From Yuukianura sp. NJ FZ-2021 (taxonomy: Eukaryota), in contig CM102288.1 in the NCBI GenBank assembly GCA_046563655.1, positions 4,402,001 to 4,466,000 on the forward strand: DNA of 64,000 nt, written 5' to 3'. Below are positions 12,092-32,266 of this stretch, in pieces. The notes beneath the pieces were generated by a model, which searched no databases, was not told the origin of the DNA, and was given only the letters and a program-made list of their open reading frames with translations. The translations under genes were made by a program, and so were the position numbers. Within the stretch, counting starts at the first letter, position 1, and the number at the start of each line of letters is the position of its first letter.

Positions 12092-13305
12092 ATGAGTCTA
12101 CCGGCAAATAGCACGTTCTTGCCTGTATTGGATGATCTGTTGAGCCCCGACCTTCGTCCCGTTCTTCAAACTCCGACAACGGAATGTGCTGGTAGCATCT
12201 GTGGTGGTCCACAAAGTCAAAATGTCGGCACTGGTGGTGGAATTACCGCTGGGGGTGGTGGCAGAACTGGATTTGCTAATGTTATATCCACGGCAGATAA
12301 TCCAAACAGTTCTGTCTCCCGATCCTACCAACAGAATGCTGCTGCGAAAAAACTGAATTTCAAGACGAAGGGTCCCAGTTCAAGGACTCTTCCTGAGGAG
12401 GATCGAGCCTCAAGGAAAATTCAGCATTGGTGGAGAGCAAAGTCTCAACGTCGCCATTCTACTGACGTTGACATTCGAGCTGAAAGGGCGAAGCACTCCT
12501 TACGTCACAACCGGACGGAAGACCATGTGATGTAAGTCAGTCATTCCATAAAATGAAAATGCAATTCTAGCCAAAATGTTGACAACTTTTTGTGTTTGGT
12601 TTCAGCTATCTTGAAACGGAAGTAAGTCGACTAAAATCTGCCTTGACAGCAGAAAGGAGAGCACGTTCTCTTCAAACGGACGCAATTCGTTGCCTCTGGA
12701 GTCAAGTCCAACAAATGTCAACGACCGGACCAGAATCTGTGATGACACAATCAATGCCCAACGGCCTTACGTCGTCTCCTCTCAAACGAAACATTGGGCA
12801 TGGACAAGGTGACTCTCAAATGAGCGCCAGTTATGCTGGTCCGGGAAACTTCCAATCCGAAGGTCCAGTCGCCGCCGCTTGTACGGCCAACTGCTCCAAA
12901 GAGATTCAATTGCTTCGAGAAAGCATGTCAGCCGAGATTGCGCAGTTACGTGACATGCTTTCCAGTCTACGCATGGAACACTCGTCTTCATCCCACGAGA
13001 GTCACCAAAAGTATCAAATGGAAGTTGACACGGAGGATACCGATACGGATACCCATGGACAGTTGAGCAGCAGCGGTATTCACAGTGCCAGCGGTGACAT
13101 GAACAATGGAAACGGAAGTCTCGCTCAGAGACCTTTTTCGCTGAACATTTTGGGAATGACGACGTCCGGCTCTTCTACGAGTCATGTTGACATGGAGACA
13201 CCAGAAATTACGGAATACGCTGGAGCCATGGCCAGAGATCTTTTGGAGAAGGCTGTAGAGCGAGAGGAGGAGACCAGTCAGCAACGGGTTAATTGCCACC
13301 AGTAA
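12092..13305 (+). CDS. CEP97-like protein (IQ motif + coiled coil, no LRR domain); exons 12092-12531, 12606-13305
   Basis: Spliced ASRKIQHWWRAK...LRHNRTEDHVIYLETEVSRLKSALTAERRARSLQTDAIRCLWSQVQQM resembles the CEP97 IQ/coiled-coil block (A..KLQA.WRG...R..RMQEHI..L..EI.RL....EER....Q.EA.R.LW.QV). The GTAAGT/TTTCAG intron keeps frame. Confidence 0.65.
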
Positions 13306-13836
13306 GAGTCTTGAAAACTTTTTGTTTTCCAAAATTCTAGTTTTCGACTTTTGACGCTTCTTGACCTTTTAGAGGTCACACCATTTTTAATTTATTGTTG
13401 TCGTTATTCCAAGTATTTATAGGCTGATTGATCTCATGTCAATCAATTTTTTAAGTAATGAAATACTAGTGTGAATCTCTAAAAGTTAATGCTGTTGCCT
13501 CTTACTACAGATAGCAGTAGGCTCAACGAACATTAGATTTGCGTGCTAATGTAGTCCATGTAAAAACAATCGCGAAGCATGTTATGGTTTTCTGGAAAAA
13601 CTTTAGTCAAAAATAAAATGTTTGTTTTTCTTGGCTTCTTTTTTGAAGAAATATTTGTAATTTACTTTCAAACTTTAGAAAAATTACTGCATGTGTTTGA
13701 AATTCTCATAGACAAAGCCACTTTGGTTAAAAGGTAAACTTTGGCGGGCGTCATTGTAGCCGCATATTAGTGTAGAGTTTGAAAATGCTCCAAGATCTAA
13801 GAGAATTGTTTAATCTCTAGATCATGAAACCCAAGT

Positions 13837-16142
13837 TTAAATGTGATCTAGAGGCTGAATTCCAACAATGGACATACCAATACTTAAAATGTGTCTGGAA
13901 AGTGCAAAGAGTCTGAGTCGTGTAGCAGCTACTCCTGGATCGGTTTCAGTCTTTACGGGTAAATCCTTCAGAGCTTTTGAAGTTTTGTCACACAGTTGAA
14001 ACAAATGGGTAAGTAAAATACAAGGTTCCCTTTCAATGTATGACGACCAAAAAGCATCTTCAAAACTGAAAAACAAACGTACAAATAATCGATTAATTGA
14101 ACATAATTTTAAGACTTTCTAAGCATTATCCTTTGGAAAAACTTACTTGAGAAGATGAATAACCAAGTCCATTGCAACTGGCTCTGTTAGAATATAGTCA
14201 ATGTCCAATTGGCTAGAAAATAGTTCTGGATTGTGAATATCGTCAGCACTGAATCCTAGTTTTTCTTCTAGACTTTTGAGTCTTGCATGAGTGTACTGCA
14301 ACTTCATTCCAGTTTCGCCTGTGGGCTTAATTGCATCTATCCAATTAAAAGTAAAGTCACGTTGTCTCCTCCTTCTTAGGCAGTAAGCAATGAGGGAGGA
14401 CACTGTCAGCTTTAAAGACGTTTCTTGATCAACCGAGTCCCATCTTGTGTTTGGTGAAACTCTGCGACTTGCTTCCATGAATTCACTCCCATCTTTCACA
14501 GCATCGGATAGCAACACAAAACTTCCTGCTCTGGTGGACATCCCGACGACTTGACCGAATGATACGTGCTCTACGACTCGTCGTCCTACGGCCACCTTCT
14601 GGCCGTGACTTTGGGCTTGGTCGTATCCAAAATGGCGCAGAAGGTGAAACAAGTTGGAAAAGTGCTGCGATTGTGATTTGTCGACGACGTAAATCATTCT
14701 GTCGAACCTGTGAACATCAAAGAACTTAAAATCCTGCAACGATATCACGCAACTGTAGTTCAGTAGTAAAATTGACGTTTTTCAAACCTAAAGTTTTCTG
14801 AACGATGTATAGCCGCTGCAATATCTCTCAGAAGATACAGTGACCCACCGTCACTTTTTACCAGTGGAACTCGATAGGTCGTGTCCTGTTTTCCAGTTGA
14901 CGGGACATTGGCCAAAACGCACCCATCTTCATCAACAGTCACGTACCCTTTGCTCTTTAGCACGGCCAACGCTTTTTCAGTAAAGTCACTCTTGATTGCA
15001 AATTCGGATTCTCCCTGTAGATTTTAAGATGAGCAAAGTAAAGATTCAATTTTGAGAAAAGTAAAATTTTGATTTTCAGGAAAATACCTGAATCACGTCA
15101 AAGGTTACTCCAAGTTGACTCCAAGCAGATTGTAAGTGGTCGAGACTCTTTTGTCTAATGGTTGACCAGATTTGTAGTGACGAAGGATCTCTGTTCTCCA
15201 GTAGCGATGAGTACTGTTTGGCCGTGGCACCTAAGTTGACCTCCTTTTCCTTTTCGGCATTAGCCTGAATGTAGTAATTTAGCAATGATCGGATATCCAG
15301 CTTTTCAACGGCTTCGGCCATAGAGTCTTTTTCGCCCCACCTTGCTAGTCCAGCCTAGATTTTTTAGAAATCCAAGATTTAAAAAAAAATTATTGAAATG
15401 TTTATTGAAAGGATCGCTTGAGTACTCGACATCTCACCTGTAGCACACCAAATTGGGTTCCCCAATCACCGAGAAAGCACATGGAAGTCACATCGTGTCC
15501 AGCATTCTGAAGAAGTAGAAAAATTGGTTGTAAAATTGGAGCTTGCTAAACTGCTAGTAATGAACTTTTTGATACCTTACACAGCTGAGCAATAAAGTTT
15601 CCAGTGACAGTAGACCGTAGGTGTCCCATGTGAAGTGGTTTGGCAATGTTTGGTGAACCGTATTCAACAATTAGATGTTCTGGGTCAACGCTTCCCCAGA
15701 GATTCAGTCTATTCTGCCCAGGTGATTTGATTTTGGTAAGACTGATGATTAAATCATGTAGAAGATCCTTGGTGTCTTCTGAAGTTCTTGATGGGTAAAT
15801 ATGGACTCCCTTCGGTCTGAGTTCAAAGTTGCAGCCAATCCCATCTGCTAAATTAGTCATCAAGGTTCGATTTGAAGTTGATTTGGCCTGGAGGTACAGC
15901 AATCGTTCTTCTGGAAGAGGAGCCGCCTGCTTCGTTCTGTCCGATTCCCATGTGAGTCGACATTGAGCAGAAGATGATTTGGACAAGAGTCCAGCCACCT
16001 TGGGTTAAAAAATACCTCAATCAGTAATTCATACCAAACCATAATTAATACTAAAGTCCAAACAATTACGAAATAAGTTACGTACCGAAGCAAGAGCCTT
16101 GCAGGCAACTCCACCACGCAGCAACGACGGAGACGTCGACAT
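13837..16142 (-). CDS. RARS2: Mitochondrial arginyl-tRNA synthetase, multi-exon
   Basis: HIGH-type motif VEYGSPNIAKPLHMGHLRST, LGDWGTQFG, KSDGGSLYLLRDIAAA, YVVDKSQSQHF, KMSKS-equivalent GMSTR, GETGMKLQYTHARL and an anticodon-binding C-terminus RLRLF...LSIGMSIVGIQPL. Start inferred at ATG 16142 (MSTSPSLLRGG). Confidence 0.92.
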
Positions 16143-17113
16143 TTTCGTAACGAACCCAAGTATGCCCTCTGTCCCAAGCGTTTTCCTTACACTATCATAA
16201 TCCAGTAATCGTTCTCGTAAGAATCAAATCAGTGAAAATTAGTGATTTACTTAAATTTTAATTTCCTCGCGTTGATTTGCTTTGTCTCTGTTTTTATTTT
16301 TAGCGTTACAACAAACCAGAACTACATCTGCTGTAACCATCCCGGTATTTTAGTTGCAACTAAACAGCGGTAAATTGTAACCAATAATGAATCACGGTTT
16401 AATTCTACATAGTTTATTTTTAGTTGTTCATCTTTAGTCATTTTTATAATTTTGTCTCAGCATAATAATAACCAATTATCGTTAGTCTACCATGTCAGAT
16501 TTGGGGTTTTGGTATTACCATGGTTTGTTAGCGTGGTTACAACCAGCGTGCTTCACATGTATCCTTCCTTTTCACCTTCGCTGGGTTACAAATAATTATT
16601 CAAATTCAATTTTCGCGCCACCGCGAAAATGGAAAAACTGTAGTACGCTGTGAGACTTTTAGTAGAGAAAAATGGCAGAAAAAAGCGTCTGCAAAACGAT
16701 GACGTCAGCAGAACGCATGCGCATTGAACAAATACTTAATTTTAAATGCTGCGCTGCGGAAGGAACAGGCGATGAATGCTAAGGACAAGGTTAAAAAAAA
16801 GACAAAAGAAGAAAATCCGCAGTTAGAATTTCAGGAAATTGGGCAATTCAATTGGAGATCAGTCAATTGGTTTTCTCGGCAGTTTCTCAGCAGTGTGACA
16901 GTATCCAAAATCGGCTTACTATCAAAAGATATCAAAAGCACAATTCGTACCAAAACGTCAACTTCTTCTTTATCCTTGGCGATATCAACTAATAATCAGG
17001 TTTCGGGTAAGGTTAAACTTTAAATGTTAAAAGTTGAATCATTTTGTCTCTTTAGAATATGTTGATGTATACTAATTGCAGTATGTAATTGTTTACTTTA
17101 TATCTCAACCAAC

Positions 17114-17484
17114 CCAATGTAAACGTCTCAACCTAACAATCTGTGACGACGGACGGCGAATAATAGAATGGGGTTGGCAGGAAAGAGACACCTCATGTTC
17201 CTTGGTCCCGTTTTGGCTATGAGTTTGTCCGTGACGTCAGGCTATGAGTCGCTCGCAGTCCCGGCCGGATTGACTTGACTATTTGGCTGCCATCACCGTC
17301 TGTTCCACCACGGTAGTGATGGTCATGGCATCTGTATAGCGAACCAACCATCATCGGGGAACGGCTCGGTTGCGGCGAAAAACGGCTATTTTATCCTCGT
17401 CTGTCTCAATACTACGTTTATGGCATGCCAGGGCGCAGGGAGTTATTAGAACCTCAACAGAAGCGTGTATTCGTAGCCACATAA
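17114..17484 (+). ncRNA. Candidate intronic structured ncRNA (possible H/ACA-type or telomerase-like RNA) in the PP1-beta 5'UTR intron
   Basis: GC-rich island in an AT-rich intron (~17000/17007-17720). It has several hand-folded helices whose G-U pairs favour the + strand, long-range pairing 17120-17126/17414-17420 and ACA at 17479-17481. No ORF, and no Rfam family recognised by eye. Confidence 0.4.
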
Positions 17485-17935
17485 CCTTTACAATTTTTTC
17501 ACATGAAGAATAGTATGTACTCCCCTTTGATCTTTTTTCCCTGTGGTGTTGGCTTTAGTAACGCATAGAGAAGAGGTCTGTGATCATCAGTTCATGAAAA
17601 TTGCAGGGAGACCCGCTACACGACTTATTTAGCGAACAGTCAAAGTTCAGTCATAGTTTGATAGTTGATAGTAAGTGTCCCTCTAATTTTCTAACTCTGA
17701 ATATTTATTGTCAACTTGCAGCCACATCAGCTGGGAACGTCAGTGCCAAGCCATCAGTACTACTAGAACATCGTTGGTCTGCCTGGAGGCAGTCTACCCA
17801 GAGTTCGTGTGTCGTGTAAAGTCGTGCTCCTTCGCTTCGTTCTAACTGTTCAGTTTACTCTGATTCAAGTGAATCAACGCTTCGAACGTTGTGTCCATTT
17901 CAATTGTTGCGAATCAAGACAACCGTCAATTCAAC

Positions 17936-22137
<4,202 letters not shown>

Positions 22138-24992
22138 CGTGGTCTCCTGCTCCTACTCATCACAAAATTGAAAGTAGACTAAAAACGAGGGAAACTCCTA
22201 AAACCAACAAACATGATGCTTAGAAACGTTTAGTAATTGAGTTCCCTGCCCAATCTTAAATTTGTTTTGAATCACGAGGAAAGATTTAAATTATTGTATG
22301 AGAAGAGGACATAGAAGCAACAATCCATCCAAATTCACGCAATTTCCCAAGTCATCAATATTCTATGGAATACAAAACACGTTGTAAGCAAAAACTAACC
22401 AAATCATCAATTTATCCAAGTTTTTTTTATTAGAAGTTTCATTTTTAGAAACAGCCTCGTGTTAGCAGTTCCCATTTTAACAAAATCTGAAAGTTAGTTG
22501 AGTGATTGAAGTGTTGTGGCGTGTTTTGAAAGTGAAAACGTTAGAAGGCTTAAAGGCAGCGGTCAAAGGTCAAGTTATGATTGATTGTACAATGAAAACG
22601 GTCTAATTGAATCCAGCCACCACATTTTTTAAAAACCAAAAAATTCCTCTCTCCTCAAATTCGTTTTTGTTTCTCGTTTTTTAATGAAAATCGACTTCTG
22701 AAATCAAACGTAACGATAGTTATGAGGAGACGGGAATGCGGGGAAATGTAAAAATGGTAAGATGTAATAATAACCGTTGACTAAATTAGTAATAACTTTT
22801 GTCTTTTTGTAGTTTGAGGAACATTTTAACAATTAGTTAAGGTTGAAATACTTAAATTAATTTATATCTTATAACTAACATTGTGCAAATTGGAGTTTTT
22901 GAGGTGGTGACAACGTCGCTGATGTGAGAGAAGGTCATGTCACAAATGTCCTGTCAGATCATTCGGTGGAATGTCGAATTTTAACTTTTTTTGGAAATTC
23001 AATAATTTTTTGGTTTTTGAAACCTCGAAATTTTTAGCTATTTGGAAAGTGGTTTCCAAATTTTGACTTTTGGTTTGAATAATTTTACTGTAGGTTTGGA
23101 ATTTAGTACAAACTTTTTTTTTGTAAAAATTCTATCCTTAGAAGTGGGTTTTCTTGATGGGTTTAATTTTTTTGGTTTTCGTTTGAATTTGAACCATGAA
23201 CGTTTGCTAATATGATGAAAATAATTAGTGTACATAGAAGTAACTGGTAATAAATAACTGTAACTTTATTAATTAACGTAGTAATTAATCCAGTTTTTTT
23301 TCTCGTTTCCATTTTAGTTTGCACATTATGAATAAGTAAATAAAATTCTCTTCTTAAAAAATCGATTTTCTAGTTGTGGCTTCTCCGATTATCGATGTTT
23401 GACCATTGCTTTTAATTTATTCAGTTCCTTCCTATTGATTATGCTTTTTCAGTTTGGTAGTGGACTGGACTTGTTGCAACTATTTTTGCAAACATGTTCC
23501 ATGGAAAGTGGGGTTTGCCAAAAATTGGCGTGCTGAAAATCCAACTTTCGCAATTCTAGAGGTGAGTTGAATGGCACTACGAGGACGCTAAAAAGTAGAA
23601 ACTGTCGATAATTTCCAGCGCATGTTTGCGGTTTTGTGGATTTCCTGTCCAACTAACTAAAACTTTAACAGGAAAAAAATTTTCAAGCTCGTTATAACAT
23701 TTAGAACAAATATTTTTTTTCCATTGTGATAAAAGACAATTCAATCATTTTTTTGCAGTCTTTTGATGAAATTGAGGTCGGATGATGCTATATAGTTTTT
23801 TAAGAGTTGCTAGCTTTTCTGTTTTCTGTTTTTACGTATGAAATGTATACTTAATTTGCACACAATGCTGTAAAAGTTATTAAAAATTGGAAATTCTATC
23901 GGCTATGACATCTGGTATGCCGGTAATTGCATCCAAAAGTGCTCTGCCACGTAAAGTTTAAATGATTTCAAACTTTAGTTCATTTACTTTTTAGTATTCT
24001 CATCATCTGCGCCAAGATCACCTTGTTTTTTTACATTCGAGAAAAAACAGCTGTGAAACTGAAATTGCATTTGGTGTTTACATCACTCTCTTTCTTGGAA
24101 AAGTGTTGAAAAGGTTATTAAAGTTCTTAAGAATTTTAAACTGTTAAACTGTACGGTTAAAGTTATAGTCCTTGACTTTTAATTCCACCTAATCTAAACC
24201 TGATTAACTGAACCTCGTAATGGCTCCCGCTTCGGTATCTCAGTTTAGTAACTTACTTTACTTGCTCTTGCTTCTGCAGTTTGGGGAAACTGCGTAATAA
24301 CTTAATCACATTTAATTTTCATTTGGTGTCTACTAGAATTTTAGATTTACATCACTACTTATTATAACTATGTTGAATTTATAACACTAACTCATCATCG
24401 ACGTAATCAATCAGCAATGTGGTGAAATGGAATTGGTGGTACAGTTAATCTTGTTGATGAAACAGTGCTATTTTCAGTTTCTTTTTAATCCAATCCTTGT
24501 TGAAATTGAAATTGGAAATGACTAACAAAGGAGATTTGATAACACAACCACAGAAGAATATCAAACATCTACAGTTACTGCTACACCGATCATTTCGATA
24601 ACCGTGGAACTTTATAACAATTTGACATTTTCAGTTTGCAAGAAGTTGTCATTGGTTCGGCGTAATCGACGTCAAGATTTGCTTCAATATTGGAGCCCCG
24701 AGGTCGCAAAATCGTTCATTTTGATTTGTAAGAAAATTGTTGAATTCTATTAAGTGGAAGCACATAGTAAAACCAGCTTATTATTATAAAAGTAAAAATA
24801 GCTTAATTATAATTTATTATAAGCAAGTAAATTCAGATTTGACCTTAACAGTTTCTTTTTTTTTGGTTTGTTTGTTGCAGATACAATTTTAAGAAAATTT
24901 TGGATTCTGAACTTGTGCTGCTTCATTTCCTTCAACTGCTGAATTAAAGAATTGCTCTGCTGTAGCATTCTGGAACCTTATTCTGTTGCAAA

Positions 24993-28860
<3,868 letters not shown>

Positions 28861-31224
28861 TCATGAAAATAAGTTATACATCCTGGTGCTGCTGCATTCC
28901 CGCTAACCGTAAAGTATTTTTGACATAACTATCTTGACTCTAACGCAGTTTTTAGTTAACAGCGATAACTTTTAGAAGAATTAAGATTGTACAGTAAAAC
29001 TTAACCAAAAATTAATAACAAATAAAGACATTTTTACTTAATTACTACTTGTTCCTCCTTAGAAGTAAATTGCCTTGAGTTTTCTTGGAACTCATCTGGA
29101 TCTGTGTGGGTAAGACAAGAATTTTCAAAATTGAAAAAAAAAATTGTGAAAAGTTTGTTTTTTTGAAGTTTCAGGATGAAGAGTGGCCTTGTATTGAACG
29201 TAAAGAGGAAAATCCTCATTTGAAATTTTGGGTTTGTTGGTACATCAGTTCCTGGAAGTCCTTCAAAAGAAGAAACGAAACAAAACTTGAATTTCAGGTT
29301 AGGTTGTTTCAAAAATCTTTTAAAACCCTGTTATTGTGTGAATGTTGAAATTTTGTTTTTTTCATTAGGTATACAGCTTGGTGGTAAATAGTCACTCCCC
29401 TCTTGTGTTTCACTCAGAATTATTCGACTCTTTTGTCAAAATTCTTGGAAACGGTGACGTCGTCGCTCCTCTCTTTACGAATTTCTCTATTATGAGACAA
29501 TAGGATTTCAACGAGGTCGACGACGCTTCAACGTGATCTTTTCACCTTAACTCTGCTGCGGAACTCTTTTTGCAAAGGGTTTCCGCGCAAAGTCAAAATT
29601 TCTCTGAAATGTGTTATATTTTTGTTGAAATATGAAACAAAGTTCTCTCTTTTCACTCGTGAAGCCGTTTCCGTTTCTAAGAATTCTTGTTTCCAACCAC
29701 ATTGCATTACATTTGAGTCAATAAGCCTCAGGATTTGATATGACGTGGACCCAGAGCTTAGTCGTTTCCTTTTCAAAGGCTAAATTCTAGACAGACGCTG
29801 ACTGACTTACTTCAACATTCGTAACGGTTTTTCAAAATCTCCTTTTCCCTGGTAATTCCTTCTGACGTCAAAGACTCCGAGAGAAAATCCTACTTTGGTA
29901 TCGATTTGGCTAACATGGCGTGCCAAAATTATTGGATTTCTGGATGATGGCCCACTACGACTACGTGTAAACTTATTTCTGCTTTCGTGAGTCCATAATA
30001 CTCGAGATGTCAATGGCACAACGAGGGGGTTGTCGTAACAAGCGAAGCGTTTTACAAAAGGGAATGGAAATTGGGTTGCGAAAAATTCGCGGAAAATAGT
30101 CAGCGAGCGTAGCTGTTCTGTTTTTAGCCTCTGCTGTGAGAAAGTTGGCGAATTTCCTGGAACTTCTAAAAAGTGAAAGCAATCAAATCATCCATCCAAA
30201 GGCCAAAGGGTGCTTCAAGTCCAAAAAGGCTCCACTTCAAGCATAAGTATTCGAGCAGTGTTCAAATTCAATTAAAATCTTCAAAAGCCTTTCTCAGTTT
30301 TCCGAAATTGTAATTTTGGTTCCAGGAACTCCTTGTTTTTGCCAATAGTCTGCTGAAAAGGAACAAGAACAAAAAGTTAGTTTTAGCAGCCTTTTAGCAT
30401 ATAAATCAATTCGCGAAAAATCAATTTAGCGAATTTCCCAGTCCCCATTCTGCGTAATTCGCTTATAATTTATAATACAAAGAACGGTAGATGAAAGGAA
30501 TTCTGCTGTATAGTGATGGAAAGGAGCTGACGACGTTTTTGAACTTTCAAATTTTGAAAAAAATGTGGCGTTGCTTCTGCTTAACCAATTTTCGTTAACG
30601 ACGCAATTCGCAAATGAAACTACTGCACGAACCAGCTTTTTTTCGTGCGAAAAAGTTAGTATCAAAACATGCAAACATGTTTTGTGCTAGTTTTTTTTTC
30701 AGTTTGCTTTAAAACAATTCTCATTAAAATTGCGAATTGGTACTTGTTGTGTAGTAGAGTTGGAACAATAAATTACAGAAAATGAGCTAGTGATTAGTTG
30801 TTATTGGGGGTTCCACGTAAGAGGACGAGGACATGTGACATCATCGTTGTGTCTTGTGGTGTTACAAAGGTGGGACGATGTGGTGGAACCGTGGGTGGGT
30901 TTTCTAAGGATTTTGAAGAGATCTATTTATGCCGAAATCCCAGGAACAATGACATCGCAACGACCCCCACTTCATCCTCATCCCATTTATCATTCACAAT
31001 TCTCAGAACTCTACAAGTTCACTAATTCCATCTGCTCTGGTGCTCTTGGTTTAGTACTTTTAGGGCGTAACCGGCCACTTTTGCACGGTAACATATGGAC
31101 CGCCTACCTTATGTAAATCACATTTATAGACGATGACATTTGGATGTCTATGGGTTAGATTTGGTTAGACTATAAAAAGACATGGCAGAAATATTTCCGA
31201 AAAATTGGTAAAATATTAATTTAT

Positions 31225-31265
31225 AATAAAAAATATTCAATAATTGTTATTGAATATTTTTTATT
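31225..31265. repeat. Perfect 19-bp AT-rich inverted repeat with 3-nt spacer
   Basis: AATAAAAAATATTCAATAA-TTG-TTATTGAATATTTTTTATT read directly from the sequence. Confidence 0.8.
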
Positions 31266-32266
31266 GCAAACTGAGAAATATTTAAGTCACTAAATAGTTA
31301 GGGGCGTCTGGAAATCAACTGTACATAAATTCAAATTCAAAGCCTGAAAACTGACATTATGGGGATGGGGGGCTAAATATGTCTGCCGAGTTTGAGTCCA
31401 TACGCGTAACTGTTCATAACGGATCGTGCATAAGTGACCGTGCATAAGTGTCAGGGAATTCTTGTAGTATTGGGGGATTTTTCTGTGGTAGCCTCCATAA
31501 GGTTTTATAACAATTTCCTATGTCCTACCCTAAAGCAAAGCTTGTTGCTTCATAAGTAGGAGTAAGTTCAGCATTTTTTTAAAAGCTACACATGATTTTC
31601 TAGGTAAATCCAGGCTGTTCCCTCTGCATTCTGCAAAAATCGTGCAAAAAACTGCAAAGTATCTGCGACTCGTGGCTTTGCGGATGGATAAGAAGGGGGA
31701 TTCCTGGGATGGCCACTTCTATTACTACGACACACGAGTTCACGCCGCGTCGAGCTCTTGCCAAAGCGACCAAAACATTTCATTTTCTTTCTGGAAGTGG
31801 ATCGAGGAGGATCAGTTTTTAGCACTTCCTGCTTTAAAAAGTAACACACACATTGTCATTTTAAGTTATATCTTTGTACTTTAGTTGTCAATTAACTAAT
31901 TGAGTACAAGTGACTGTACTAAATACCTGGAAAACTACGAAGTTAGTGTGGCTCTGTTTTATTGTCATCCCAGGACAATTACTAAGTATCTTGGAAAAGT
32001 GGATCAAGTGGCCCATTGCGGTATCCATTGTTGTCGGCTTCCAAGTGTTCCGGAGCTCCTATAAAAATCAGACAGACAATTATAGTCAATTGTTAAACCA
32101 ATACTTGGAGTTGAGTGACATTAAATCAAAACAATAATACTACTTAGCACTACTAAACTAATTCTTCCGGGCCAATTCCTTCCGTAAACGCACTTCAGTG
32201 TCGGCAGTTGAAGTGTGACAAGGTAATTGACCTCGGTAAAGTTCAAAGAAAACTTGAAGGCTCGCA

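Noticed and set aside
17140..17480. RNase P, RNase MRP or 7SK identity for the intronic structured island
   Set aside because: I could not find the P4-forming CR-I/CR-V motifs or the paired GAUC motifs on either strand by eye. A covariance-model search is still needed.
29030..30360. Coding-like stretch with several 70-90 aa ORFs and splice-like signals between IRE1 and SOCS
   Set aside because: Every frame I tried is interrupted by stops and no domain was recognisable. It may be a decayed pseudogene, but I cannot support a call.
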